Positions 24,734 to 38,060 of a stretch of DNA of 64,000 nucleotides are shown here, one piece after another. The notes beneath the pieces are model-generated. The model worked only from the letters and a program-made list of their open reading frames with translations, was not told the origin of the DNA and ran no database searches. This DNA comes from the human T2T-CHM13v2.0 reference genome, Homo sapiens. Position 1 is the stretch's first letter. The number at the start of each line of letters is the position of its first letter. The stretch covers positions 15,968,001 to 16,032,000 of the forward strand of contig CP068257.2 of assembly GCA_009914755.4 (NCBI GenBank), given 5' to 3'. A program made the position numbers and the translations under genes.

Positions 24734-25045
24734 AGCCAGGCGTGGTGACTCGCGCCTGTAATCCCAACACTTTGGGGGGCCAAGGTGGGTGGATTGATAC
24801 CTGAGGTCAGGAGTTCCAAAACAGCCTGGCCAACACGGTGAAACCCTGTCTCTACTAAAAAACACAAAATTTAACCGGGTGTGGTGGCACAATCTGTAGT
24901 TCGAGCAACTCAGCAACTCAGGAGGCTGAGGTGGGAGAATTGCTTGAACCTGGAGGTGGAGGTTGCAGTGAGCTGAGCGAGATCTCACCACTGCACTCCA
25001 GCCTAGACGACAGAGCGAGAACCTGTTTCAAAAATAAATAAATAA
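24734..25045 (+). mobile_element. Alu SINE with 14-bp TSD 'ataaatcaaataca'
   Basis: gccaggcgtggtgactcgcgcctgtaatcccaacactttgggg...cagcctagacgacagagcgagaacctgtttcaaaaataaataaataactaaaaag. The TSD lies at 24720-24733 and ~25048-25061. Confidence 0.9.
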
Positions 25046-26021
25046 CTAAAAAGAAATAAATCAAATACAATTTTTTTTTTTTTTTGCTGCAGTTTATGAG
25101 GCCTGGTTTATCACTCCAATTTCATCTCATTTTATTCTGCCCTCTCCTTGCTGTGCTTCTGTTACTGGACATGTCAGATCCACAAACATATCTGCCTCTT
25201 TTGCTCTACTGCTTTGCACATGCTCTTTGCTCCTCCTGGGACATTTCCTCCAGCACATTGAATGGGCCAGCCCCTGCTCGTTCCTCACTTCTCAGGGGAC
25301 CTTTTAATAGATGACCAGCTAAGACATTACATATCAACGTTTATGTTTACTAATTTATTGTTTATTTCCCCCTGTGATATAAAGTTTCACAGCCACAGAA
25401 ACCTTGCCAGTTTGGTCACTATTGTATATCTGTTAGTAGTATGTTTGGCATGTCATCATAATCTGATGAACTAGATACTGTTATTATCAATAGGAACTGA
25501 AGCCCAAGGCTCAGAAATGGCACAGCCACACTGGAATCCAGGTTCTCGGACTCCAGAAGCAATATTCGTATTTGCCCTGCTCTGGATGATTTAGCAAAAG
25601 AGGGAAAGGATGCATCGGTTGAGTGTGTCATAGTTAATTGAGAAAGGACTCCATGAAGGCAAGGCCACTTGAGCAGGGCCTTGAGTGATGCATATGCATA
25701 CATTTTGTCAGATGGTGATTGAAAAAAAGGGTATTACAGGTGGTGGGAAGAGTGTGAACAGAAATAGAGTTGAGAAAGCACTTGTACAGTCTAAGAATAG
25801 TGAGTAATTGTAGAATAGGTTGTGGAGGATTTAAAACTGGAAAGGTAGGTTGCATCATTCTGTAGGTAATTAGAAGACATTAACATTGTTTTGTGAAGAG
25901 GAGACTCCATCTGTGCTTTAGAAAGCTAAAGCTGCACAGGCAAAGTGTGAGGAGTCAGATGTTGGTCTTGAACAAATCGTATATATACCTAGAATATCAT
26001 TTTACTTATTTATAAAATGGA

Positions 26022-26160
26022 AGCTGAGTGCAATGGCTCACAACTGTGATCCCAACACTTTGGGAGGCTGACATGGGAGGACTGCTTGAGGCTAGGATTT
26101 TAAGACCAGCCCAGGCAACAGAGTGAGCCCCTTTCTCACAAAAAGTAAAAAATAAATACA
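26022..26160 (+). mobile_element. Free left Alu monomer (FLAM-like)
   Basis: gctgagtgcaatggctcacaactgtgatcccaacactttgggaggctgacatgggaggactgcttgaggctaggattttaagaccagcccaggcaacagagtgagcccctttctcacaaaaagtaaaaaataaataca. Confidence 0.6.
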
Positions 26161-26442
26161 ATTTGAAAGATGAGAATATAAATAACATCATGTTCATAGT
26201 TTTTGGTGAGAGTTAAATAAGATGATCATGTGAAAGTACTTTGCAAACTATAAAGCACTACACAAACATTAGCATTTTCATCATAAGTGTTCTGGGTGGT
26301 CCTGGGGTAGGGAGAGTGTACAAGTAGGCACATAGCCAGAGTAGTTGGGCAATGGCAGAGATCCAGGTAAAATGTGACCAAGGTCTAAAAGAGGATAAGA
26401 TAATAAGATAACATTGTCCACAAAATCAAGTTTAAGTAGGTT

Positions 26443-28896
26443 GTATTAGTCCATTCTTGCACTGCTGTAAAGAAACATCTGAGGCTAGGTAATTTACAAA
26501 TAAAAGAGGTTTAATTGGCACAGTTTTGCAGGCTGTACAGGAACCATAGCAACTTCTCCTTCTGGAGAGGCCTCAAGAAATTCACAATCATGGCAGAAGG
26601 TGAAAGAGAAGCAGGCACATCTTACATGACGTGAGCAGGAGGAAGAGAGAAGTGGGAGGTGCTACCCACATTTAAACAACCAGATCTCATGAGAACTCAC
26701 TATCATGAGAACAGCACTAGGGGAATGGTGCTAAACCATTAATGAGAAACCACCCCCATGATTCAATCACCTCCCACCACACCCCACCTCCAACATTGGA
26801 GATTACAATTTGACATGAGATTTGGGTGGGGACACAGATCCAAACCATATCATTCGCCCCTCGGCCCCTCCCAAATCTCATGTTCTTTTCACATTGCAAA
26901 ATATGATCATGGCTTCCCCACAGGCTCTCCAAAGTCTTCATTCATTTCAGCATTAACTCCAAAGTCTCAAATCCAAAGTCTCATCTGAAATCAGGCAAAC
27001 TCCTTCCACATATAAGCTTGTAAAATAAAAAACAAGTTAGTTACTTTCATGATACAATGAAGGTACAGGTATTGGGTAAATACTCCTGTTCCAAAAGGGA
27101 GAAATAGGCCAAAAGAAGGGGCTACAGGCCTCACAGAATTCCAAAACCCAGCAGAGCAGTAATTAAACCTCAGAGCTCCAAAATAATCTTTTGGACTCCA
27201 TGTCTCACATTCAGGTTATACTGGTGTAAGGGGTGGCCTCCCAAAGCCTTGGGCATCCCTGCCCCTGTGGTTTTACAGGGTTCAGCACCTGCAGCTGCTT
27301 TCATGGGCTAGCATTGAGTGCCTGAGCTTTTCCAGGCACACAGTGCAAGCTGTTGATGGCTCTACCATTCTGGGCTCTGGAGGATAATGGCCCTCTTATC
27401 ACAGCTCCACTAGTCAGTGCTCCAGTGGGGACACTGTGTGGGGGGCTACAACCCCACATTTCTCCTCTGCACTGCTGTAGTAGAGGATCTCTCTGAGGGC
27501 TCCACCCTGGCTACAGGCTTCAGCCCGGACAGCCAGGCTTTTTTGTACATCCTCTGAAATCTAGGCAGAGGATCCCAAGCCTCAATTCCTGCACTCTGTG
27601 CACCCGCAGGCTTAGCACCATGTGGAAGCCACCAAGACTTATGGTTTCCACCCTCTGAAGCAGTGACCCAAGCTGTACCTTAGCCCCTTTTAGCTAAGGC
27701 TGGAGCTGGAGAAGTTGGGATGCAAGGGGAGCAGGGTCCCGAGGCTGTGCAGGGCAGTGGGGCCTTGGGCCCAGCCCAGAAAATCATTCTTCCCTCCTAG
27801 GCCTCTAGGCTTGTGATGGGAGGATCTGCTGTGAAGGTCTCTAAAATGTCTTTGAGGCCTTTTCCACAGTGTTTTGGCTAACAGCACTTGGCTCTTTTTC
27901 ACTTATGCAAATTTCTGCAGCCTGCTTGAATTCCTCCCCTAAAAATGAGTTTTTCTTTTCTACCACATGGTCAGGCTCCAAATTTTCCAAACTTTTATGC
28001 TCTGCTTCCCTTGTAAATATAAGTTCCGATTTCAGGTCATTTCTTTGCTCACAAATATAAACAAAGGCTACTAGAAGCAACCAGGCCACATCGTGAATGC
28101 TTTGCTGCTTAGAAATTTCTTCCACCAGATACACTAAATCATCACTCTCAAGTTCAAAGTCCTACAGATCCCCAGAGCAGTGGCACAATCCAACCAAGCT
28201 CTTTACTAAAGCATAGCAAGAGTGACCTTTACTCCAGCTCCCAATAAGTTCATTATTTCCATCTGATACCCCCTTAGCCTGGACTTCATGTCCATATCAC
28301 TATTGGCATTTTGGTCACAACAATTTAACAAGTCTCTAGGAAGTTCCAAACTTTCCCTCATCTTCCTGTCTTCTTCTGAGCCCTGCAAACTGTTCCAACC
28401 TCTGCCCATTACCCGGTTCTAAAGCTGCTTCTGCATTTTCAGGTATCTTTATAGCAATGGCCCACTCCTTAGTACCAATTTTCTGTATTAGTCTGTTCTT
28501 GCGCTGCTATAAAGAAGTACCTGAGGGTGGGTAATTTATAAAGAAAAGAGGTTTACTTGGCTCACAGTTCTGCAGGCTGTCTGGGAAGCCTAGTGGCTTA
28601 TGCTTCTAAGGAGGCCTCAGGAAATTTACAATCATGGCAGAAGGTGAAGGGGAAGCAGGCACATCTTACAGAGCCCAGCAGAAGGAGGCTAGAGAGGTGG
28701 GAGGTGCTACACACTTTTAAACAATCAGATCTCATGAGAACTCACTCACTATCATGAGAACAGCACTAGTAGGATGGTACAAAACCATTCATGAGAAACC
28801 ACCCCCATGATCCAATCACCTCCCAACAGGCCCCACCTGGGAGGGCCCTCAATTTGACATGAGATTTGGGCAGCCACGCAGACCCAAACCATATCA
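26443..28896 (-). mobile_element. Full-length THE1/MST-class MaLR retrotransposon: LTR at 26443-26852, internal region 26853-28483, LTR at 28484-28896
   Basis: Both LTRs read tgtattagtc(c/t)...acaatcatggcagaaggtgaa(a/g)g(a/g)gaagcaggcacatcttaca...cccccatgat(t/c)caatcacctcc...gacatgagatttggg...caaaccatatca, which is the reverse complement of the THE1/MST LTR consensus. The LTRs are ~2 kb apart in the same orientation. The internal region carries the THE1-int motif ...ccaaagtctcaaatccaaagtctcatctgaaatcaggcaaactcc. Confidence 0.75.
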
Positions 28897-29334
28897 GGTT
28901 TATATTCATAAAGCTCTTAGAAGATCACCTGGATGATAACTCAAAATAAGTGATTATATATACACATCAATCTATCCACCTATCCATCTATGTTTGCCAA
29001 GTAATAGAAATGCAAAAGACATTTAATGATGAAACCAATCAAGATTATATTCTTTATTATATGAAGGCCATTTGCAGAGAGGAAAGAATCAAGGTTAACA
29101 AAAAATTGTAACACAGAGTGCCTGGGAGAATGTTCATTAACTGAGATAGGGAAGAAACAACAGTTTTTAGAAAAGATTAAGACTTACTTTGAAGATGATA
29201 GCTTGTCTATAAAAAACACATATCAAGTGTTCAAAAGCTTGTTGAAAATGGAGACATAATATACAGGATGGAAGGAGCTCATGGTCAGAAGAATAGATCT
29301 TGGGATTTTTGCTTATAATTAAAGTATTTTGTTG

Positions 29335-29659
29335 TTGTTTTTTTGTTTTGTTTGAGATGGGGCCTCGCTCCATCACCCAGGCTGGAGTGCAGTGGAACCA
29401 TCAGGGCTCACTATAGCCTCAATTTCCCAGGCTTAACTGATTCTTTCATCTCAGCCTCCCCAGTAGCTGAGACTATGTGTGCACCACCACACCCAGCTAA
29501 CTGTTTTTTTGTTTGTTTGTTTGTTTGTTTGTTTGTTTTGGTAGAGATAATGGCTCCCTATGTTGCATAAGCTAGTCTCAAACTCCTGGGCTCAAGTGAT
29601 CCTCCCACCTTGGCCTTTCAAAGTTCTGGGATTACAGGTGTGGGCCGCTATGCTCAGCC
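29335..29659 (-). mobile_element. Alu SINE, minus strand, with an internal (GTTT)n expansion
   Basis: T-rich leader then gagatggggcctcgctccatcacccaggctggagtgcagtgg...gctaactgtttttttgtttgtttgtttgtttgtttgtttgttttggtagagat...gattacaggtgtgggccgctatgctcagcc. Confidence 0.85.
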
Positions 29660-30039
29660 TGGTTAGTTGAAGTTTTGGATCAGACTATCAAGAATAGAAA
29701 GAAAGCAGGTTAGAGAAAATGTTCAAGGGCAGACCCTTAGAGCTATGCTTCTCAAGCTTTACATGTACATGAATCATCTGAGCAGGTACTTAAAATTCAG
29801 ATCCTGGGATTCTGATTCAGCAGGTTCTTAGAAGGGGCCTGAGATGCCATATTTCTGACAAGCTTGCAGATCACTGCCATATTGTTAGTCCATGGCCACA
29901 GAGCAGCAAGTCCCTCCAACCTGGTGTACTGAGGCATGACTAGAAAATTCAGGGCCAGGGTGGAGTAGGAGTAAATGGAACTTGAGAATGCAATATAATT
30001 AATAAATGGAGAAGAAAGTTTCCAAAAAAGAAAAAAAGA

Positions 30040-30065
30040 GAGAGAGAGAGCAAGAGAGAGAGAGC
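30040..30065. repeat. (GA)n microsatellite
   Basis: agagagagagagcaagagagagagagc. Confidence 0.8.
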
Positions 30066-31282
30066 TTCTTAGTGCAAGGACAATAATTGAAGTTGTTAAT
30101 TTTGGCAATTAAGCCAAAAGGTATAAATGGGAGAATAGTTTAAGTAGATGAAAGATGGAGGTCAGATTACACATAGCAGGTAGAAAAACTGAGCAGTGAT
30201 TGTAAACCAGCCAGTGGAAAATTCAGCAGAGAAAGAAAGATGGGTAGTGGCTGGTAGCTCAATAGGGTAGTAACTTTATGAGAAGTATTGCTTTTAGGAG
30301 CAAAAATACTCTAGTGGAGAAGAAAAGAGAAAGAAGAGAGGAGGACAGACAGAATATGCCCTAGAGAACAAAAGGAGGACTTAAATCCAATCACAGGCAA
30401 AAATTAGACTTGGAAAGAGGATAGGTGAAAAATACAGAGATGATTTCAAGCAGAGGAGAGGCTAGGAAATAGATACATTAATTTTCAATAATTTTATCTG
30501 CTGAGAGTGGGGTACAGAACTAAGACAGATGATTCAAGGAGCATAGAAAATATTTCTAATAGTCTTTCTGGGTGACATGACAAAAAACAAAGAAGAGTGA
30601 AATAAAGATGGCCCTACAGAATGAGGACACATTGAGGCTAGATAGCATGAATTCATAGTGATGCCAAATGGCACCATTACATGACTTTCTCAAGCAATGC
30701 ACAGATGCTTACAAATGAAACAGAAGTAGATGGCTGGGCTTATACAGGTGTTGGGAGATGGACAACACGAGAAAGTCATGCTGCTCACATTTTAATATCT
30801 TTGATTGTTGCTTCACAGTTGGGTAAAGAGCCAAGTGAAACCAGGAGAGAGGGAAGAATCAGTGGTTCAAAGCAACGTGATACAGAAGAATGAACACCAG
30901 ACGGATAGACTGAGAACCAGGAGACTTAGGTTCCAATTCCAGTTCCACTTTCTAGATGGCTGACTTTGTCCCTTCACCTTCATAATAAAAGTGTTGACGT
31001 AAATCAGTTAAAAACCTTGGCTATGCATAGAATTGCCTGGGGATGTTTATACAATATTATTCCTGGTCCCTATTTTAGAACAACAAAATCAGATTAGGAG
31101 ATGTCAACTGGATATCTATGTTTTTAAAGCATGTCAGGTGATTTCTATTAGATAGCCAGGGTTGAGGACAACTAGGAAAGATGATCTCTAAAGTTTATTT
31201 TTCTTTCTAGTCTTTTTTAGATTCTCCAAGAAAGACAATGGTAAGACCAGAGGCAAAATCAAATTCAGTAATAGTGGATATC

Positions 31283-31625
31283 CTTAGTCCATTAAGGCTG
31301 CTATAACAGAATAAACTGGTTGCCTCATAAACAACATAAATTTATTTCTCACAGTTCTGGGGCCTGAGAAGTTCAAGAGGAAGGTGCTGGCAGATTTGAT
31401 GTCTAGTGAGAGCCCACTTCCTGGTTCATAGATGCTGCCTTTTTGCTGTGTCCTCATGTGATAGAAGAGGTCAGGAGGCTCTCTAGGGTCCCTTTTATAA
31501 GGTCACTAATCCCATTCATGAGGGCTTCTCCCTATGGCCTTATCACCTCCCAAAGGTACCACCTCTAAATACTACCACATTGGGGATTAGGCTTCAACAT
31601 ATGAATTTTGGGGGACATAAACATT
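31283..31625 (-). mobile_element. MaLR solo LTR, MLT1-type, minus strand
   Basis: ...gctgctataacagaataaactggttgcctcataaacaacataaatttatttctcacagttctggggcctgagaagttcaagagg...ccacattggggattaggcttcaacatatgaattttgggggacataaacattcag is the reverse complement of the MLT1 consensus. Confidence 0.6.
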
Positions 31626-31804
31626 CAGTCAAGTGCAGTGAGTGATAAGAAATGTTGAAAAAATAGATCAGAAAGTGCAATGTCAGGGCAATGATGAGGT
31701 TGGGGGAAAGGCCTTTTATGTGGGTGGCGAACACTACCTAGGGTTAAATGCTGTGGCAGCACAGAAATAGATTTTATTCTTTTTCCATGAAGAACTTATA
31801 GAGT

Positions 31805-32230
31805 TCAGATGTCCCTTCCAAATCTCATGCTGGGATGTAATCCCCAGTGTTGGAAATGGGGCCTGGTGAGAAGTGTTTGGCTCATGGGGGTGAATTTCTC
31901 ATGAATGGCTTGAGCCATCTCCTTGGTAATAAGTGAGCTCTCACTCTGAGCTCACATGAAATCTCGTCGTTTAAAAATGTGTGGCACCTCCCCCCCACAC
32001 ACATTGCTCTTGCTCTCTTGCTCTCTCTCTCTCTTGCTCCTGATTCTGCCGTGTGGGATGTTTGTTCCCCCTTTGCCTTCTGCCATGACAGGAAGCTTCA
32101 TGAGACCTCCCCAGAAGCAGATGCCAGTATGCTTCCTGTACAGCCTGTAGAACCATGAGACAAACTTCTTTTCTTATAAATTACCCAGTCTCAGGTATGT
32201 CTTTATAGCATTGCAAGAATGGCCTAATAC
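31805..32230 (+). mobile_element. MaLR solo LTR, THE1/MST-type, plus strand
   Basis: ...tcccttccaaatctcatgctgggatgtaatccccagtgttggaaatggggcctggtgagaag...ctgccgtgtgggatgtttgttccccctttgccttctgccatgacaggaagcttcatgagacctccccagaagc...cttataaattacccagtctcaggtatgtctttatagcattgcaagaatggcctaataca. Confidence 0.6.
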
Positions 32231-34568
32231 AGGGATATTATGCAAAGAATCTGTAGAATAAAAGCCATAGTCAAAACAGTGGACAGCATGTGGGATCTAG
32301 CCAGAGCCAATCTCAGCACTTACAGACTGGGCCACAGACTAACATAAATGGTCACCTGGCAGGTGAGCCCAGGGTGAAATGACAAAACCACAGAAACTTA
32401 TTGGCTATTAATTCCTTTCATGTCTCTCATGTCTGTCACCCTCAGGTCTGGAATGCAGGCTCCTCAGCGGTCTCTCTCCTTCGTATTTTCTTCTCCATCC
32501 TGCTCTGTGATTCATTTCTCTGGGTCATCTTCCTATCACTTCCGATGGCTGACCTCTCTCACAATTCTTCTACTACTCTCTAGAAATTTCATTCTATTTT
32601 CTATGACATCCGCAGTGTCTTTGCAGAACTTACTATGTTCCTGTCCTAATGGAAATTTGGCTTTTCCTTGATGTCATCACTTCTCTGGCAGTTTTCTCTG
32701 AAAAAGCTGGCCATTCTTCCTTTCTGTATCTCTGGGCCAGGAGATGATAGTGACTTAGACCTTCATGGTCACTTCCAAAGTTTAACTCTACAATCTTATC
32801 CAAAAAGCCCTCTTTCCTTGGTTGTATGACATCTAAGTCTAACATGCACTACCCTGCATCAACTAATCTGGTCACTTCCACAATCAATTAGAACTAAGAC
32901 AAGTGGTTCCTCATCAAAAAGAATATGAAATGAAAATGGCCTTCCCTATATGTCTTCCAGTCTCTTATTACTTTACTTTGGAAGCAACTTTTATCACCAG
33001 CTTTTGGATATCCTTTAAAGGTATTTTGTGCAAATATAATCACATGCATAGATATGCACATATAAATGCATGTTTATATAAATTTTTGGTTTCTTAAAGA
33101 TAAACAAATGGTAGAAAATTATATATCCTGTTCTAAAACCTTTCTTTTTTTAAACAAAATATTTTAAAGGCTTTTTCTTATCAATGCATACAAACTTTTC
33201 TTTTAGAAATATTACTGCATAATATTTTATGTGGATGTTCAATAATTTATTTGACCTGTCCCCTACTGATGAACAACTAGATTCATTCTAGTGTTTCTAG
33301 TCTTCTGCTATTGCAAACAAGGCTTCTATAAATAACATTCTACTGATGTCACCTTTTACTTTTACAAGTTATTTGGGTCAAAAGTTATTTGCTTTTTAAA
33401 AGTTTTGATAGATACTGAAAAAATTATACTGCATGAGCTGTGCACTAATTTATATACCCATTAACTACGTTTAAAAGAACCAGTTTCCCATTAGCCTTGC
33501 TAACATAATATTTTACACTTTTTTTTTACTTTGCCAAGAACATAATTGAAAATATTTCATTGAAATTTTAATTTATGTTTTTCCTATGTTGAGTGAAGTT
33601 GAGCATCTTTGCAAATGTTTAACACTGTACTTTCTTTCCTGGACATCTCCCCTGCCTATTTTCCTATCGTTTTATTGCAAGTCTTTCCATAGTAAGGAAA
33701 ATAGACTTCTACTAAAATATGAGTTGCAATAATTTTTTCTCAGTTTGTTGAATTGTCATTTTGGTGTTTGTCATGCAGAACAATTTTATTTGCATGTCGT
33801 TTAGTTTATAAATCTCTTCATTTTGCTATCTATATTTTATATCATACTTTATACTTGTTCTATTTTGGATAATTTTTTAAAAATTATTTTAACACTTCCA
33901 TCTTTTTTTTATTTTTTATTTTTTAACACAAATCATTGGTCCACCTGAAATCCTAGTCTTCTTTCCAACTCTTGCCTCGATCGTGGATCACTTCAGTGTT
34001 GACGTCACCTACACAAACCCCACCCACCATGTTCCCGGATCTCCTCTGCTCAGACAACCACCTCCCTTCTCACCTCTCATGACAACATCCTGGAGTGTCT
34101 TATCCTTGTGTGATGCTTCTCCATTTCTAAAACTGTAAAACTCTCACATTCTATTATTCTCACTCCCTCAACATAATCTCTTATCCTTCTTGGTCTCTTG
34201 CTCTCTTAGTTCTGTTACATATTTGTAATAGTTTCATTTAAACCTCAGATGTTTCAAATCTCCCTTTTCTCTCATATGTCTGCCCTTGCTAGGCAGGGCC
34301 ACATCATTACGTAAGCACTTTTGCCTTTTGGGGCCCCTTCCTCCATAAAAGAATATTAAAAGGTACATTTTATGATTACCTTATAAAGATAAATATATTA
34401 CTATGCATAAAAACATTTTTTTGGTGTGAAAGTTTTTTTTATTCTGATTCTAAAAATAAAATAAAACATTTTTGTGGGCCCCAGAAGCCTAGTGAACCCC
34501 AGGTTCCATTCTTACTATGTGTAAAGTATCAGTCAGCTCTGCTCCTAGGCACTGATTGACTACTACCT

Positions 34569-34816
34569 TTTTAAAATTGAGACAGGGTCTCACTCTGTCT
34601 GGAGTGTAGTAGTGCGATCTCAGCTCATTGTAACCTCTGCCTCCAGGGCTCAAGCAATCCTCCCACATCAGCCAGCCTCCCAAGTAGTAGTTTTTTTTGT
34701 ATTTTTGGTAGAGAAAGTGTTGCCCAGGCTGGTCTCAAACTCCAGGACTCAAGCTGTACGCCTGCCTTGGCCTCCCAAAATACTGGGATTACAGGCATGA
34801 GCCACCGTGCCTGGCC
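34569..34816 (-). mobile_element. Alu SINE fragment, minus strand
   Basis: ttttaaaattgagacagggtctcactctgtctggagtgtagtagtgcgatctcagctcattgtaacc...gattacaggcatgagccaccgtgcctggcc. Confidence 0.8.
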
Positions 34817-35494
34817 AGAACCACTTTTCTCCCTTGGCCCTCTTCTCCCTTGGCCCTTGTTTTCCCTGTGTATCTGCATTGCCCACCTCCAACCCTAGAT
34901 AAATCTGTTGAGCTCTACTAGAGAAAATTATAAAGAGGGCTGATGCTATCAAAGATTTAGGGTCTATGACATAAATTGGGCCCTCAACACTGCTTAACCA
35001 TTTTTCTACTTGTCCCTGATGAATTTTTTGTTTCATTCCTCAAATTAATCATTCCAAATCATTTAGCAGTCTCCCCAGCTAAGAGAAAATAGTGTAAATT
35101 ATCTTAATTCCCTGTCCTTTCATATTCTGATTAGCCCTGACTAAGTAGCAAAATAACCCAAGATGTAGTGGCTTAAAACAAAATTTATTTTTCTTTCAAG
35201 AGTCTGTGTACTGACAGCACGGCGGGGCAGTTCTTATTGTGGGTCTCTTATGTGACCTCCATCACCATATTGAAACTATTCTTTTTTGGTCACTAAAGAC
35301 TTCTCAATTGTCTAATCTAATAGGTACTTTAAAACCTTTATCTTAACCTTTTCATAATATTTAAAGATATTGATCACTCCCCTGTTCTTGAAACTATTTG
35401 TGGGCTTTTCTGAATCTTAGTTTTCCGTATGACTTCTTGGTACAATATGGATGGTGAAGTCTTAGAGAATGAAAATAAAGAATAGGATAGTGTA

Positions 35495-35990
35495 TTAGTT
35501 TCCCACGGTTACTAGAACAAATTACGACAAACTTGGTTTAAAACAACAGAAATTTGTTCTTTCATGCTTCTGGAGGCCAGAGGTCCAAAGTTAGCATTGG
35601 TGGGCTGCAATCAAGGTGTTGGCAGGGCCATGTTTCCTCCAGAAGTTCCAGAAAACAATCCGTTTCTTGCCACTTCCAGCTGCTGGTAGCTGTCAGAATC
35701 CCTTGGCTTGTGGGTACATCACTCCAATCTTCAAAGCCAGCACCTTAAATCTCTCTCTCTCTTCCATCTTCATATTGCTTTCTCTCCGTGTGTGTCAAAT
35801 CTCCTCTTGCCTCTTTCTTATAAAGACACACGTGACAGCATTTAGGGATCACACAGATAATCCAAGACAATCTCTTCAACTTGACATCCTTTATTTAATC
35901 ACATCTGCAAAGACATTTTTTCAAATAAGGTGACATTTATAGACTTCAGGGATTAGATCATGAATATCTTTCAGAGAACCATTTTTCAGT
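35495..35990 (-). mobile_element. MaLR solo LTR, MLT1-type, minus strand
   Basis: tgtattagtttcccacggttactagaacaaattacgacaaacttggtttaaaacaacagaaatttgttctttcatgcttctggaggccagaggtccaaagttagcattggtgggctgcaatcaaggtgttggcaggg...cttataaagacacacgtgacagcatttagggatcacacagataatccaagacaatctcttcaacttg. Confidence 0.55.
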
Positions 35991-36289
35991 GTCATATTGG
36001 AGAATAAAACTGACCTAGGAATTCCAAACTATTTTGAAAGTCATGGATAATTGGCTGAGGTGAATCTAGCTAGTGTAAACAAATACATGAATTTCAAAAG
36101 ATCAGTACAAATCATTCAGAGTGTTTTTTGTTTGTTTTAAGAAAAGACTGGAAGCTGTACTCTGGAAGAAGAAAATGGTGACTCTCTTGCAGGTTTAAGA
36201 CTAGTAGAAGGAAGTGGCTGTCACTGAAATGGGCTTCAAGGGAAGAAATCAGGAGAAAGCTAAATTTCAGTTAGGACAGGAAGGTAGTG

Positions 36290-36450
36290 TAGGGGGGCTT
36301 GGAGCACTCCTGTAGTCCCAGCTACTTGAGAGGCTGAGGCAGAAGGATCATTTGAGCCCAGGAGTTCAAAGCTCTAGTGTGCAATGATTCGTGAATAGCC
36401 ACTGCACTCCAGGCAACAAAGTGAGACCCTGCCTCTGAAAAACAAAAATA
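36290..36450 (+). mobile_element. Alu right-monomer fragment
   Basis: ...ctgtagtcccagctacttgagaggctgaggcagaaggatcatttgagcccaggagttcaaagctctagtgtgcaatgattcgtgaatagccactgcactccaggcaacaaagtgagaccctgcctctgaaaaac. Confidence 0.6.
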
Positions 36451-37744
36451 ACAAAGGTAGAAGTAGCATTAAGTGAATATTGACCTTGATATAACAGTTA
36501 TGATAAAATGAAATCTTGTTAGTGTAGGGAGAGACTATCATAAGTTAATTTGAAATAGTATTTATTTCAAATTTATATAGTGGTAGCAGAAACCACTAGA
36601 ATAGATACTGTATAGTTAATGCATCAGTAATTAATTACTGTTGATATGGAAAGACTATTCAAATTTCAAACAATAGTGCTTAACTGTGCACTTATTCAGT
36701 AACTATAATTAAACAGAATTAATTGAATTGATCATCTAATGAACATAGTGATCTTTAGAAGTCTGACATCACATAGCTGTAGAACAATTGTCCCAGGAGA
36801 CTCTTTTGAGCCCTGACCTATCAGGGGGTAAGCATACTTCCTCATGTTATCAAGTAGTCATTTACATATACAGCTCCTTAAATCCAATTTTTATACTGTT
36901 TTCTTCTTCTTTACTTTCAATCTAAAACAGTAAAAATTTTAAAGGCAGTTAATTGTTAATGGTAATAAAATCATATTTTAAATTACCATGAATTTGCTTT
37001 GAAGTGTAGAGACAGTTTTTAGTGTTGAACACGGTAGACTGAAATTCAAAAAGAACAAAGTCAAAAATGCACCACAATTGCTCCTGAAGCAGAGGCTATT
37101 GATTTCTTGCCCATTATCTCATCACACAGAAAGTGAAGGGAGAAAAATACAAGTTCAAAGACACCAGCTACTCAGGTAACAGGCAGGAGCTTCAAGTGAA
37201 AATTTCTGCCTCATTAAAAACATTTAAAGGAAGCAGCTTTTCTTTAAGTAGGAATCATTATTCCCAGTTTGAGTTCATCCTCTGGAGTTTTCACCTCTTC
37301 AGAAGGGCACATTCTGTGCAATTTCTAAGAAGTGCTTCTTTAATGGGAGGGATTTATGTTAAGTTGGTTCAGGGGAGGTAGACCATTGTGGAGCCTTTTT
37401 AATGGACTACAAAAGACTGTCGAGTAATTAAATAGATTTCCTTTCCCTTAGACTGTTCCATGGTTCTAAAAACACTCAGCTGAGCATGTAAAATCAATTT
37501 CCATTACTGGCCTTGACCTTTGCAGTTTTGTAAACATGTTTTTTCCCTGGCTTTGGAATGTGGTTCAAAGGCAATAGCAGAAGACTAGAGGATGAGACAG
37601 GTTCTCTTAATGGAAGTTAACTTTTTTTACAGTGAAAATCTCCTTTTCTCACAGACATTCATTCAACTGCATATGTTATAAATATAATTATATACATACC
37701 TGCTTATTTATGTTTATATACATATGTATATGTGTATTTAAATT

Positions 37745-38060
37745 GGAGTATATAAATATATGTATGTATTTTTTTTAATTGACAAATCATAATTGTATAC
37801 ATTCATGGGGCACCATGTTATGTTTTATGTATCTATACAATATGAAGTGACTAAATCTAGCTAATTAACATATCCATCACCTCACTTACTTATAATTTTT
37901 TTTTGTGGTGAGACATTTGAAATTTACTCTAAGTTATTTTGGAATATACTATACAATACTGACTGTAGTTACTCTGCCGTGCAATAGATTTCGAAACTTA
38001 TTTCTCCTAATCATACATTTGTGCCCTTTGACCACCAACTCCCCATTCCCTGCCCCCACA
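37745..38060 (+). mobile_element. Ancient L1 (L1M/L1PB-type) 3'-UTR fragment
   Basis: ...tgacaaatcataattgtatacattcatggggcaccatgttatgttttatgtatctatacaatatgaagtgactaaatctagctaattaacatatccatcacctcacttacttataatttttttttgtggtgagacatttgaaatttactctaagttattttggaatatactatacaatactgactgtagttactctgccgtgcaatag... matches the older L1 3' end as I recall it. Confidence 0.45.
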
